Below are positions 18,302 to 27,190 of a stretch of DNA of 43,158 bases, piece after piece. Below the pieces are notes generated by a model that was not told where the DNA came from, did not search any database, and saw nothing but the letters and a program-made list of their open reading frames with translations. Origin of the DNA: an uncultured Candidatus Bathyarchaeia archaeon (GTDB taxonomy: Archaea > Thermoproteota > Bathyarchaeia > TCS64); the NCBI GenBank assembly GCA_964618045.1, contig CAZTZC010000003.1, forward strand, positions 1 through 43,158, given 5' to 3'. The position numbers and the translations under genes are program-made. The first letter of the stretch is position 1; each line of letters starts with the position of its first letter.

Positions 18302-19561
18302 CTACGAGTCGCCCGTGGGGACGGGGACCACCTTCTTCCCCATCTCCTTTATGCCTTCCTCAGTCACCTTTCTCTTCAGGTTCCACGCGGAGACGCTGGG
18401 GAGCCCCCACAGGTTTATGAAGCCCACGGCGTCGCCCTGGTCGTAGTAGGTGTTGATGTCGAAGCTCGCCAGGTTGTAGTCGTAGAGGCTCAGCGGGCTC
18501 TCGCGGCTGACAGGCTTCGCCGATCCCTTGAAGAGCTTCATGGTCACGGTGCCCGTCACGTTCTCCTGGGTGCTATCGATGAAGGCGTCCAGGTTCTGCT
18601 TGAAGGGGTCGATCCAGAGCCCCTGGTACACCACCGTGGCCCACATCTGGTCCACCTGGTACTTGAACATCTTCTGGTGCCGCGTCAACACCATCTTCTC
18701 CAGGTCTTGGTGGGCGTTGAGGAGTATCTCGGCGGCCGGCACCTCGTAAGTCTCACGGGTCTTAAGCCCCACCACACGATCCTCCATGTGCTCTATCCTG
18801 CCTATGCCATGTTTCCCACCCAACTGCTTGAGCTTCTGGATGATCTCCACTGGCTTGTAGCCCATACCCTCCAAGCTCACGGGAACCCCCTTATGGAAAC
18901 CTATCTTGACGTAGTCCGGCTCATCGGGCGCGTCCTCGACGTCCACGGTCCAGTCCCAGATGTCGCCGGGAACCATCTTGTCTGGGTGCTCCAGCATTCC
19001 GCCCTCGATGCTCCTGCCCCAGAGGTTCTCGTCTATGCTGTAGGGGCTGTCCGCAGTGACAGGCACCGGGACATCGTGGTCCTTGGCCCACTGTATCTGG
19101 CTGTGGCGGTCGAACTTCCACTCCCTTACGGGCGCGATGATCTTTAGCTTGGGATTCAGTGCCTTGAAGGTGAGGTCGAACCTGACCTGGTCGTTACCCT
19201 TACCGGTGCACCCGTGGGCCACCGCCTGAGCGTCCTCCATCTCAGCCACCTCCACCACCTTGCTGGCGATGAGGTGCCTGCTCAGGCTGCTGCTCACAGG
19301 GTAAGTACCCATGTAGAGAGCGTTCGCCTTTATCGCCGGGAAGATGTACCCGTTGGCGAACTCCTCCTTGGCGTCGAAGGTGTAGTGGTTGATGACCCCG
19401 AGCTTCCAGGCCTTCTCCTCTATGCCCTTCCGCTCCTTGCCCTGCCCTACGTCGAGGTTGCAGGTGATGACGTCCATCTTGTACTCCATCTGGAGCCACT
19501 TCACCATCATGGACGTGTCCAGTCCACCCGAGTAGGCTAGAACGACCTTGTCTTTAGGCAT
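18302..19561 (-). CDS. argG: argininosuccinate synthase
   Basis: KVVLAYSGGLDTS is the N-type ATP pyrophosphatase motif. HGCTGKGNDQVRF is also present, and the length is typical. I prefer the start at MPKDK (19561). Confidence 0.95.
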   Translation of the reverse strand: MPKDKVVLAYSGGLDTSMMVKWLQMEYKMDVITCNLDVGQGKERKGIEEKAWKLGVINHYTFDAKEEFANGYIFPAIKANALYMGTYPVSSSLSRHLIASKVVEVAEMEDAQAVAHGCTGKGNDQVRFDLTFKALNPKLKIIAPVREWKFDRHSQIQWAKDHDVPVPVTADSPYSIDENLWGRSIEGGMLEHPDKMVPGDIWDWTVDVEDAPDEPDYVKIGFHKGVPVSLEGMGYKPVEIIQKLKQLGGKHGIGRIEHMEDRVVGLKTRETYEVPAAEILLNAHQDLEKMVLTRHQKMFKYQVDQMWATVVYQGLWIDPFKQNLDAFIDSTQENVTGTVTMKLFKGSAKPVSRESPLSLYDYNLASFDINTYYDQGDAVGFINLWGLPSVSAWNLKRKVTEEGIKEMGKKVVPVPTGDS

Positions 19562-19639
19562 TGCATCTATACTCCTTTTAGGATGAGGCATTCAAGCACG
19601 AGGCAAGCTTTTATACCTTGCGACATAAGTGTTACAAAT

Positions 19640-20245
19640 ATGGCATTAGAAGGTACAGATAGGACAAAGAGCGTGGCCCAGCTGGTCCGGGAGACCATCC
19701 AGATGCGCCCCAGCCTCCTAGACGCCCTAAACATGAAGATCGTCAACTACAGCGCCCTCGCCCGCATACTCCAGGAGGAGCTAGGCGAGGGGAGTATCGA
19801 GGCGGTGAAAGCGGCCGTGATAAGGGTATCGGACGAGATAGCTTCAGACAGGAAGCTCCGGGAGGAGGCCGTGCAGAGCATACTCAAGGAGTCCAAGGTA
19901 AGGCTTCAGGACAAAATCGCAGTGGTGATATCCCCGCTGACACTGGACATCCCACACATAGTCACGGCCCACCTCACAGACCAGTACGTCTACGTCGTGG
20001 ACCAGACAACGATGAAGGGAAAGCTAAAGGATCCGGCTAAGGTCCAGAGCAACCTTGTCGCCCTGATACTCCTCAGCCCGCCCCGCGTAGAGGAGACACC
20101 AGGCTTCGTGGCGTTCATCACCCAGCTCCTGGCGAGCAGAAACATAAACATCGTCGAGTTCATCAGCTGCAGCACCAACACCATCATCATACTGGACGGC
20201 CAGGACGCCCTGAAGGCGTTCAGCCTCCTCCAGAACTACACGTAG
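19640..20245 (+). CDS. ACT-domain-containing protein with N-terminal helical/HTH-like region
   Basis: The C-terminus PGFVAFITQLLASRNINIVEFISCSTNTIIILDGQDALKAFSLL looks like an ACT fold. The start was chosen at the ATG at 19640 to avoid overlap with argG. Confidence 0.45.
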   Translation: MALEGTDRTKSVAQLVRETIQMRPSLLDALNMKIVNYSALARILQEELGEGSIEAVKAAVIRVSDEIASDRKLREEAVQSILKESKVRLQDKIAVVISPLTLDIPHIVTAHLTDQYVYVVDQTTMKGKLKDPAKVQSNLVALILLSPPRVEETPGFVAFITQLLASRNINIVEFISCSTNTIIILDGQDALKAFSLLQNYT

Positions 20246-20311
20246 AATGCAAGAGAAAGAGGCCGCCAGTGCAAAGGTTTTTACATTGAGCGAGTCGATA
20301 AAGTGTTGATA

Positions 20312-20620
20312 ATGGCGGAGATTTGTCCCGTCTGCGGACTCCCGAAGGACCTCTGCGTATGCGAGGAGATGAGCAAGGAGCAGCAGCGGATAAGAATTCG
20401 TTTAGAGACACGCAAATGGGGAAAGAAGTGGACCGTCATCGACGGCATAGATTCTGGGAGCGTGTCACTGAGCAAACTAGCCTCTGAGCTGAAGGCCAAG
20501 TGCGCCTGCGGCGGAACAGCGAAAAACGAACAAGTCCTACTCATGGGGGACCACAGAGACGTTGTGCACAGCACTCTCGTCGGAATGGGATTCCCCGACG
20601 AGAACATCGAGGTCCAGTAG
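20312..20620 (+). CDS. translation initiation factor aIF1 / SUI1
   Basis: An N-terminal zinc knuckle CPVCGLPKDLCVC is followed by IRIRLETRKWGKKWTVIDGI...LKAKCACGGTAK...VLLMGDHRD. Confidence 0.9.
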   Translation: MAEICPVCGLPKDLCVCEEMSKEQQRIRIRLETRKWGKKWTVIDGIDSGSVSLSKLASELKAKCACGGTAKNEQVLLMGDHRDVVHSTLVGMGFPDENIEVQ

Positions 20621-20622
20621 TT

Positions 20623-20814
20623 TTGCCTGGGCTCAAGGGCCTATCCGACAAGCTCTTCAAGGTCAGGCACAGGACCCCGAGTCCAGTCTTCTGCCCCAAA
20701 TGCGGTAGCCACAAGATAAAGCTGAAGGAGAGTTATGGTATACTCCCGCGCATGTATAGGTGCAGCGAGTGCGGCTACGAGGGACCCCTCGTCCTCGAGC
20801 TAGAGGAGGAATGA
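20623..20814 (+). CDS. small zinc-ribbon protein (start uncertain)
   Basis: CPKCGSHK...CSECGYEG form two CxxC pairs. The listed ORF 20500..20814 overlaps aIF1. The first plausible start after the aIF1 stop (20618-20620) is the TTG at 20623. Confidence 0.45.
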   Translation: MPGLKGLSDKLFKVRHRTPSPVFCPKCGSHKIKLKESYGILPRMYRCSECGYEGPLVLELEEE

Positions 20815-20875
20815 CAACTCGCTTAGTTTTTAATCTCCCTCAGAGATTACTATGTGAAACTTAGGCGGTGAGGCG

Positions 20876-21850
20876 ATGTCCGAGGACCTGGAGTACTATA
20901 AGGCTAAGTATCAGACCTTAGAGGATCTGCCAGGCATCGGGCCGGCGACCGTCGCCAAGCTGAAGGAGATAGGGTTCAAGACCGTGGAGTCTCTGGGCAC
21001 GGCGGCTGTGGCCGAACTGGTGACCGCCGGGATAGGTGAGCCCATGGCCGAGAAGGTCATCGAAGCCGCCAGGAAGAGCATGGCCATCACCTTCGTCAGG
21101 GGAGACGAGCTCGTCGAGATCAGGAAGAACGTGAGGAAGCTCACCACCGGCTGCTCAAGCCTGGACAGGCTGCTGAACGGCGGCATCGAGACCCAGAGCC
21201 TCACAGAGTTCTACGGCGAGTTCGGGTCGGGTAAGAGCCAGCTGTGCCACCAGCTGTGCGTCACGGTGCAGCTGGGAGAAGCCCAAGGCGGGCTGAACGG
21301 CAGCGTCCTCTACATAGACACCGAGGCCACCTTCAGGCCGGAGCGGGTGATGCAGATAGCGCCCCGGTTCGGCGTCAAGCCGGAGGACGTGCTCAAGGGC
21401 ATCATCTACGCCGAGGCCTACACCTCGAACCACCAGACGGTGCTCCTGGAGAACGCCGACGAGGTAATCAAGGAGAACGACGTCAGGCTCATCATCGTCG
21501 ACAGCGTCATGAGCCACTTCAGAAGCGAGTACCTGGGCCGGGAGATGCTGGCGCCACGGCAGCAGCAGCTAAACAAACATCTGCACAAGCTGATGCGGCT
21601 GAGCAGGGCTTTCAACGCCGCCGCGGTGATAACCAACCAGGTGATGGCGAGCCCAGACGCCTTCTTCAGCAAGGCCGTCTCGCCCGTGGGTGGCCACATC
21701 CTGGGGCACATGAGCCATAGCAGAATCTTCCTTCGCAAGGGAAGGAGCAACGTACGGATAGCTAAGCTAACCGCCAGCCCCTCGCTCCCGGAGGGCGAGG
21801 TACCCATGAGTATAACCGAGAGAGGGATAGAGAGTGACGAAGACTTCTAG
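20876..21850 (+). CDS. radA: DNA repair and recombination protein RadA
   Basis: It has the N-terminal HhH LEDLPGIGPATVAKLKEIGF, Walker A GEFGSGKSQ and Walker B LIIVDS. A GGTGAGG lies before the ATG. Confidence 0.95.
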   Translation: MSEDLEYYKAKYQTLEDLPGIGPATVAKLKEIGFKTVESLGTAAVAELVTAGIGEPMAEKVIEAARKSMAITFVRGDELVEIRKNVRKLTTGCSSLDRLLNGGIETQSLTEFYGEFGSGKSQLCHQLCVTVQLGEAQGGLNGSVLYIDTEATFRPERVMQIAPRFGVKPEDVLKGIIYAEAYTSNHQTVLLENADEVIKENDVRLIIVDSVMSHFRSEYLGREMLAPRQQQLNKHLHKLMRLSRAFNAAAVITNQVMASPDAFFSKAVSPVGGHILGHMSHSRIFLRKGRSNVRIAKLTASPSLPEGEVPMSITERGIESDEDF

Positions 21851-22214
21851 CAACACAAGGGGGCTGTCGGTCCAGGGCAAGACCCGTAAGGCCGTGACCG
21901 AGTTCATCGATAACCTGCTCGACAGGAAGTTCACTGACGCCGAGAGGTCGCTTGAGGGCGTCAAGGGCTGCAGCTTCGGCGACGAAGAGTACAAGGCGGG
22001 CTACGTGAACGCCCTAGAGGGGCTGCTATTCACGGTGAGGTCTGGGGACGAGAGGGACTTCTTAAACAGGAACAAGTTCACGCCCGAGAAACTAAAGGAC
22101 TACAGGGCAGAGTTCAAGGACTTCGCCTCCTCACCCATAAGGACCAGCTGGGACAGCGGCTACTTCGACGCCTGGTCTGACCTTATGCAGTACAAGTACA
22201 ACACGGAGAAGTAG
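21834..22214 (+). CDS. hypothetical protein
   Basis: 126-aa ORF with a GTG start overlapping the radA 3' end by 17 nt. Its codon style matches the neighbours. I recognise no family. Confidence 0.45.
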   Translation: MTKTSSNTRGLSVQGKTRKAVTEFIDNLLDRKFTDAERSLEGVKGCSFGDEEYKAGYVNALEGLLFTVRSGDERDFLNRNKFTPEKLKDYRAEFKDFASSPIRTSWDSGYFDAWSDLMQYKYNTEK

Positions 22215-22219
22215 GTCAG

Positions 22220-22426
22220 CTAACCCAGTACGTAGAGGGTGTTCAGAAGGGTCCAGGCGAGCATCCACAAGAAAATGAAGGCGCCAATGCCTATTTTGAG
22301 GGTTCTGTCGCGCTCGATCTCGGTGATGACTGCGAGCCCCTCGGAGAGTGCAATGTACAGCGTCAGCCCCGCCATCAGGGCGATGTGCTCCTGGAGACCC
22401 AGATACCTGTTGAGGTAGAAGCACAA
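22220..22426 (-). CDS. small hydrophobic (about 2-TM) protein, uncertain
   Basis: 68-aa ORF with a TTG start and two hydrophobic stretches (IALMAGLTLYIAL and IGIGAFIFLWMLAWTLL). It has no ATG start. Confidence 0.3.
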   Translation of the reverse strand: MCFYLNRYLGLQEHIALMAGLTLYIALSEGLAVITEIERDRTLKIGIGAFIFLWMLAWTLLNTLYVLG

Positions 22427-22536
22427 GCCTCCGTTGATTATCGCCGCTGCAGCCTTTATCCAGTATACCTGCTCTGATTTCCTCAGCGTGGCTCTCCCCG
22501 TTGATGACTCATATTGCCGCCAGCCTCTATATAGGG

Positions 22537-23337
22537 TTAGCTGATGTATCCCAGCTTCTTCTCCTCCGGGAGCACGGCCTCGTCCTCCTCCTCGTAGATG
22601 TCGAGGCGCCGCTTGATGGAGGCGTCGATCTTCTTCGCCCTTACGCTGAGCTGCTCGGTGTCGATATCCAAGTCCAGCAGCCTCGAGAGCTTCTCCAACA
22701 CGGCCTTAGACGATAGATGCTGGGGGACGTTGGCGTACGTGATGTCCCCCATGAGGCACACTCCGTCTATGCCTTTGAGCTTGGCCACCCCTATCATGAC
22801 ACCGTTGAGGCCGTTCACGGCTCCCTCGGACTCGATGAGCTTCACACCCGCCTTCTCAAGGACAGGCTTCAGGGAGTCGTCTGTGTATATGCCGTAGACC
22901 TGGGGCTCGTCGTACATGTCGTTGGGGTAGGCAGCCATGGTGTATATCATCTCCACCCCGAGCTCCTTGGCGATGTCCGCGATCTTCTCGGCGAGCCTGA
23001 TGGACTCCTCAGGTATAGACGGCTGGGCGTCCCCTACACAGATGACGAGGTCCTTCTCTGGGCAGGCGTATAGCTTATGCCTTAAGGGAGCCAGCTCCGC
23101 CTTCCCTTCGTTGTATATGAGCACGTTGTGGTAGTAGGTGATCTCGGCGAAGAGCGTAGCTTTGAGCCTGCGTCTGAGGTAGTCCGCAGATATCTTGGCG
23201 AGGTATCCCATCCCGGGCCAAGCCGCTATCATGGTGGGTTTGCTGAGGTTCGGCTTCTCTATGTAGTGGACTTCCATGAGGTTCAGCATATCGTCAATGG
23301 GATTTGCATTAAACCTTTCGTTTTCTGCTTGGGCCAT
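22537..23337 (-). CDS. PAC2-family proteasome assembly chaperone-like protein
   Basis: PTMIAAWPGMGYLAKISADYL and an acidic C-terminal region resemble archaeal PAC2/PbaB-type proteins. Confidence 0.65.
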   Translation of the reverse strand: MAQAENERFNANPIDDMLNLMEVHYIEKPNLSKPTMIAAWPGMGYLAKISADYLRRRLKATLFAEITYYHNVLIYNEGKAELAPLRHKLYACPEKDLVICVGDAQPSIPEESIRLAEKIADIAKELGVEMIYTMAAYPNDMYDEPQVYGIYTDDSLKPVLEKAGVKLIESEGAVNGLNGVMIGVAKLKGIDGVCLMGDITYANVPQHLSSKAVLEKLSRLLDLDIDTEQLSVRAKKIDASIKRRLDIYEEEDEAVLPEEKKLGYIS

Positions 23338-23573
23338 GCCTCTTCACCTAATTTCGGTGAATCATGATGACTTTTGGGTTTCGTGTTAAGGGTTTTAAAG
23401 GGTGTCTGCCTCTTTTTTCTACGCGTGAATAAATTCATGGTTGTCGCAATGGGCTGCAACGTTCTTAACATATTCGAGTCAAAAACATATTAAGGGTGGC
23501 GCGGAGAAACAGTCACTCATAAACATTCCGTGCAACAGAACCATATTATAATCTACGCAGCCAAATTGATGCT

Positions 23574-23762
23574 GTAGCGGGGGTTCACCCGAGGGGATGG
23601 GTCTGACCCACTGCCCAACCCACTAGCGGCTCAGGGTTTATGACCCAGTGTTCGGGTTTGCCTAAACACGCCCAGACGCATGCGGTCACCGCGCCAAAGG
23701 ACCAGGTCGAAACGATGAGGTCCGGCACGGAAAAGGGCTTCCCTCGAATTCATCCCCGCTAC
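23574..23762 (+). ncRNA. candidate structured RNA or structured 5' leader (unclassified)
   Basis: Two nested helices close a GC-rich segment of about 190 nt: GTAGCGGGG (23574-23582) with CCCCGCTAC (23754-23762), and CGAGGG (23590-23595) with CCCTCG (23741-23746). An ATATTATAAT TATA-like element at 23543-23552 sits about 25 nt upstream. Confidence 0.2.
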
Positions 23763-23789
23763 GCCCTCAGACTTCAGAGGCATTTGGTA

Positions 23790-24137
23790 ATGGCGAGAGC
23801 GCGGGAGTGGACGGACGATGAGGTCGATAAGCTTAGGCAAATATACTCCTCCATGATGTCGTTCGACGAGATCACGTTGGAGTTCCCATGGAGGACGTCG
23901 AACGCGATAAGGCTTAAGGCGTCGAGGCTTGGGCTGCACAGACCAACTCTGGAGACTCACCTCATAAAGGCGCAGAAGGTAACTATCCAAAGGAACGGCG
24001 ACGACGGCGTCAAGGGCTACCTCCTGAAATGCAAGGAGTGCGGCGCCTGGATACACGCCGACAACATGATGAGCGGCATCTGCCAGACCATCAGCTGCGA
24101 TGTGTGTGGAGCGCTCTACGAGATCCTGACTGAGTGA
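23790..24137 (+). CDS. Myb/SANT-like DNA-binding protein with C-terminal zinc ribbon
   Basis: REWTDDEVDKLRQIY...SFDEITLEFPWRTSNAIRLKASRLGL fits the Myb/SANT helix pattern. CKECG...CDVCG form a zinc ribbon. The ORF opens at 23640, but the first 50 codons coincide with the structured GC-rich segment. Confidence 0.5.
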   Translation: MARAREWTDDEVDKLRQIYSSMMSFDEITLEFPWRTSNAIRLKASRLGLHRPTLETHLIKAQKVTIQRNGDDGVKGYLLKCKECGAWIHADNMMSGICQTISCDVCGALYEILTE

Positions 24138-24210
24138 ATTAGACGAACCCTATACCCTAGGTTCATGATGTTTTTATATCCTTCAAGGCTAGTTCAAGTG
24201 AGTGGACCAG

Positions 24211-24762
24211 ATGAGTCTAGAGATAACTTCTAAGATGCTGGTAAGGGAGGCTATGTCGAGTCCCGTCATCTCGGTCAGCGAAAATACGGACGTCACGAAG
24301 CTAGCCAAGGTGATGAAGGAACAGAACGTGGGCGCAGTCATAATCACCAACAAGGAAGAGCAGCCTGTGGGGATCGTGACGGAGAGGGACATAGTCACTA
24401 GGGTCGTCGCCCAAGGCAGAGACCAAAGCAAGGTTGTCGCCAAGTCGGTCATGTCTTCGCCTCTCCACGTTGTGAAGCCGGACATGAGCCTCATGGAAGC
24501 CATGCGCCTCATGGACAGGCTCAACATCAGGCGCCTAGGCGTCATGTACAAGAACCAGCTAGTCGGCGTCATCTCGGATAGAAACATCATCAGGATCGTG
24601 CCCACCATCGTGGAGATATTGAAGGAGCAGCAGGAGATCAACAACGTCTCCTCTGTGAGCGGGCCCTCCATCACCGGGTACTGCGACCGCTGCGAGAGTT
24701 ACAGCAACAACCTCAGGGTCGTGGACGGCGAGTTCCTCTGCGAGGACTGCCGTATGGAGTGA
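24211..24762 (+). CDS. CBS-pair domain protein with C-terminal zinc ribbon
   Basis: It has two CBS motifs (VREAMSSPVISV...GAVIITN and VAKSVMSSPLHVV...RRLGVM). CDRCES...CEDC lies at the C-terminus. Confidence 0.8.
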   Translation: MSLEITSKMLVREAMSSPVISVSENTDVTKLAKVMKEQNVGAVIITNKEEQPVGIVTERDIVTRVVAQGRDQSKVVAKSVMSSPLHVVKPDMSLMEAMRLMDRLNIRRLGVMYKNQLVGVISDRNIIRIVPTIVEILKEQQEINNVSSVSGPSITGYCDRCESYSNNLRVVDGEFLCEDCRME

Positions 24763-24793
24763 CAAAACCCAATACCATCCAATCGTCTATATT

Positions 24794-25291
24794 ATGTGGA
24801 TGAAGCACCGGTTCCTAGTTGATAGCATGCTCGGCTCCCTAGCTCGATGGCTGAGGATCGGCGGATACGACGCGGAGTACAGGAGGGACGCCGAAGACGA
24901 CTCCCTCATGGAGGAGGCGTCCAGCACAGGCAGGATACTGTTGACGCGAGACAGGGTGCTGGTCCAGAGGGCCAAGAAGAGAGGCGTCGAGACCATCTTA
25001 GTGGAAGGGGAGGGCGACGTGGAGCAGCTGGGCTCCCTTACGGCGGCTCTCGGGCTGGAGCTGAACCCCTCCAACTCCCGTTGCCCGAAGTGTAACGGCT
25101 CCCTGACGCAGGTAGAAAAGGACCGGGTGCGGGACCGGGTGCCCGAGGCGTCCCTTGAGGCCTTCGACGTATTCTGGGAGTGCAACTCCTGCGGCTGCGT
25201 CTACTGGAGGGGAAGCCACTGGGACCAGATCGCCTCGACTATAGAGGAAGCCGACAATCTATCCGGGGGAGACGACTCCAAGCGTTTATAA
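24794..25291 (+). CDS. Mut7-C (DUF82) RNase-domain protein
   Basis: It has FLVDSMLGSLARWLRIGGYD and LLTRD, plus the zinc ribbon CPKCNG...CNSCGCVYWRGSHW characteristic of Mut7-C/PIN-like proteins. Confidence 0.8.
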   Translation: MWMKHRFLVDSMLGSLARWLRIGGYDAEYRRDAEDDSLMEEASSTGRILLTRDRVLVQRAKKRGVETILVEGEGDVEQLGSLTAALGLELNPSNSRCPKCNGSLTQVEKDRVRDRVPEASLEAFDVFWECNSCGCVYWRGSHWDQIASTIEEADNLSGGDDSKRL

Positions 25292-25347
25292 GAAGTTATT
25301 TTCGTTTCTAATAGAAAGGTGCATCAAACATATTCGACCTGACTCAG

Positions 25348-25944
25348 ATGGAGGGAGAGTACCTCGTACGCCTCGCGAGGACGATGATAGAGGCGCGTCT
25401 AGGCTTAACCAGTGAGCCGGATACAGGCGACGCGCCCAAGGTGACCGAGACCATGTGCGGCGTCTTCGTCACCCTCAACAAGCTGGAGGGATCGGGACAC
25501 AGGCTCAGGGGATGCATCGGCTACCCCTACCCAGTGAAGGATCTGCTGACGGCCGTGCGGGAGTCGGCTCTGAACGCGGCCTTCGATGACCCCAGGTTTC
25601 CCTCGGTCTCAAAGAACGAGATGGACAGCATCTTGGTGGAGGTGAGTGTCCTGACGCCGCCTGAAACAATAAAAGTAGAAAATCCCAAGGATATCCCGGG
25701 TGAGGTCGTGGTGGGGCGCGACGGCCTGATCATGGGCAGAGGCTACAGGAGGGGGCTCCTGCTGCCCCAGGTTGCAGTGGAGTGGGGATGGGACAGCGAG
25801 GAGTTCCTAGCCCAGTGCTGCTACAAGGCAGGGTTGCCCCCAGACTCCTGGCTCTTGGAAGACACAGAGGTACAGAGGTTCCAGGCCATCATATACTCCG
25901 AGAACTCCCCTAGAGGAAGAGTGTCGAGACACAAGTTAAGCTGA
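25348..25944 (+). CDS. AMMECR1-domain protein
   Basis: CGVFVTL...LRGCIGYPYP and GLLLPQVA are AMMECR1 signatures. Confidence 0.85.
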   Translation: MEGEYLVRLARTMIEARLGLTSEPDTGDAPKVTETMCGVFVTLNKLEGSGHRLRGCIGYPYPVKDLLTAVRESALNAAFDDPRFPSVSKNEMDSILVEVSVLTPPETIKVENPKDIPGEVVVGRDGLIMGRGYRRGLLLPQVAVEWGWDSEEFLAQCCYKAGLPPDSWLLEDTEVQRFQAIIYSENSPRGRVSRHKLS

Positions 25945-25957
25945 AGGACGGTCACAG

Positions 25958-27148
25958 TTGGACAGCTTAGACGGTTCCCGAATATACTTCAGCCCATGTG
26001 GTATAGGGTTCGGTCACGCCAGCAGGAGCGTCTCCATCGCCGAGGAGGTTGTCCGGAGGGGGGGAGAGGTTGTCTTCTCCACGTACCTCGAGGGCGTGGA
26101 CTACGTGAGCAAGTTCGGGTTCCCCGTGTTGTCTGCCCCTCCCATCCAGATGGAGAACGACCCCACCGGAAGCATAGATCTCAAGTCATCCACCATAGGG
26201 CAGGGCATCACGGCCTTCCCGACGCTTCTGGATCAGGTCAGGTTCGAGATCCAGAGCATGAAAGTGTTCGACGCCGACATAGTGTTCAGCGACTCGAGGG
26301 TGTCCAGCATCATAGCGGCTAGGCTGCTCAAGATACCCGTGGTCCTCCTGCTAAACCAATTCCTGCCCAGGGCGCCGAGGGTGAAGGATACCAACCTCTA
26401 CAGGATCTTCGACGGGACCGTGCTCACCGTACTCGGGCGGACGTGGGCTCTCAGCGACATAATAGTGATCCCAGACTTCCCCGAGCCCTACACCATCAGC
26501 CTCGACAGCCTTAGGATGCCGAGGAGAGTGGGGGCGAGGGTTAAGCTGGTCGGCTCCATACTTCAGGAGAAGCCCGAGGAGAACACCAACTCGTATGAGA
26601 TCAGGGAGAGGCTGGGCGTGAGAGAGGACCAGCGCCTGATATACGGGGGGATAAGCGGGCCCCGCGCAGAGAGGGAGCCCCTCATCAGGTTGCTTGAGCC
26701 CATATTCGCCAGTTTCCCGGACAGGTATCGGGTCCTCATGTCCATGGGGGTCCCTAACGGCGGCTCGGAGCCGATGGAAAGAGGGGCGTTGACCATGATC
26801 CCGTGGCTTGAGAACAGGTTCGAGTATCTGAATGCGTGTGACCTCGTCATCAGCCGCGGCGGACACGAGACCATAATGCAGAGCATCTGCTACGGCAAGC
26901 CCTCCATCATCATCCCGGTCCCCCGGCACCCGGAGCAGTACGGTAACGCGAGGAGGGCGATGGAGCTGGGCGTAGCCATGGCGATGCACCAGAGGAACAT
27001 AGACCGAGATAGACTAGTGGCCATGGTGGACAACATGGTGGGAAGTAACAGATACAAGCGGGTCCTGAATGATATAAACTCCGAGAAGCATCTCGGTGAT
27101 GGACTGGAGAACACCCTCGACGTGATAATAGAGACGCTTCGACGTTAG
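25958..27148 (+). CDS. glycosyltransferase (GT1/GT28, MurG-like C-terminal domain)
   Basis: The N-terminus is GIGFGHASRS. The C-terminus LVISRGGHETIMQSICYGKPSIIIP...EQYGNA is typical of UDP-sugar GT-B enzymes. The start is a TTG. Confidence 0.75.
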   Translation: MDSLDGSRIYFSPCGIGFGHASRSVSIAEEVVRRGGEVVFSTYLEGVDYVSKFGFPVLSAPPIQMENDPTGSIDLKSSTIGQGITAFPTLLDQVRFEIQSMKVFDADIVFSDSRVSSIIAARLLKIPVVLLLNQFLPRAPRVKDTNLYRIFDGTVLTVLGRTWALSDIIVIPDFPEPYTISLDSLRMPRRVGARVKLVGSILQEKPEENTNSYEIRERLGVREDQRLIYGGISGPRAEREPLIRLLEPIFASFPDRYRVLMSMGVPNGGSEPMERGALTMIPWLENRFEYLNACDLVISRGGHETIMQSICYGKPSIIIPVPRHPEQYGNARRAMELGVAMAMHQRNIDRDRLVAMVDNMVGSNRYKRVLNDINSEKHLGDGLENTLDVIIETLRR

Positions 27149-27190
27149 TCCTCGAACGCGTTATATCGATGGTCGGTGCTTCCTTAGGGT

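Noticed and set aside
20500-20622. 5' part of the 104-aa ORF overlapping aIF1
   Set aside because: It lies out of frame inside the clearly conserved aIF1 gene, and its Arg/Pro-rich composition looks non-coding. Only the part after the aIF1 stop encodes a zinc ribbon.
23283-23471. 62-aa minus-strand ORF in the PAC2 upstream region
   Set aside because: It overlaps the PAC2 start in another frame, is Lys/Thr-rich low complexity in AT-rich promoter DNA, and has no motif.
23574-23762. Identifying the structured segment as RNase P RNA or SRP RNA
   Set aside because: ACGGAAAAGGGCTTC loosely recalls the RNase P CR-V motif (ACAGAA-N3-GGCUUA). I could not find a CR-I GGAAAGUCC-type strand able to form P4. 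ACCAGGTC and AGGTCCGG loosely recall SRP helix 8, but the GNAR loop and AGCA motif are missing and the length is too short for an archaeal 7S RNA.
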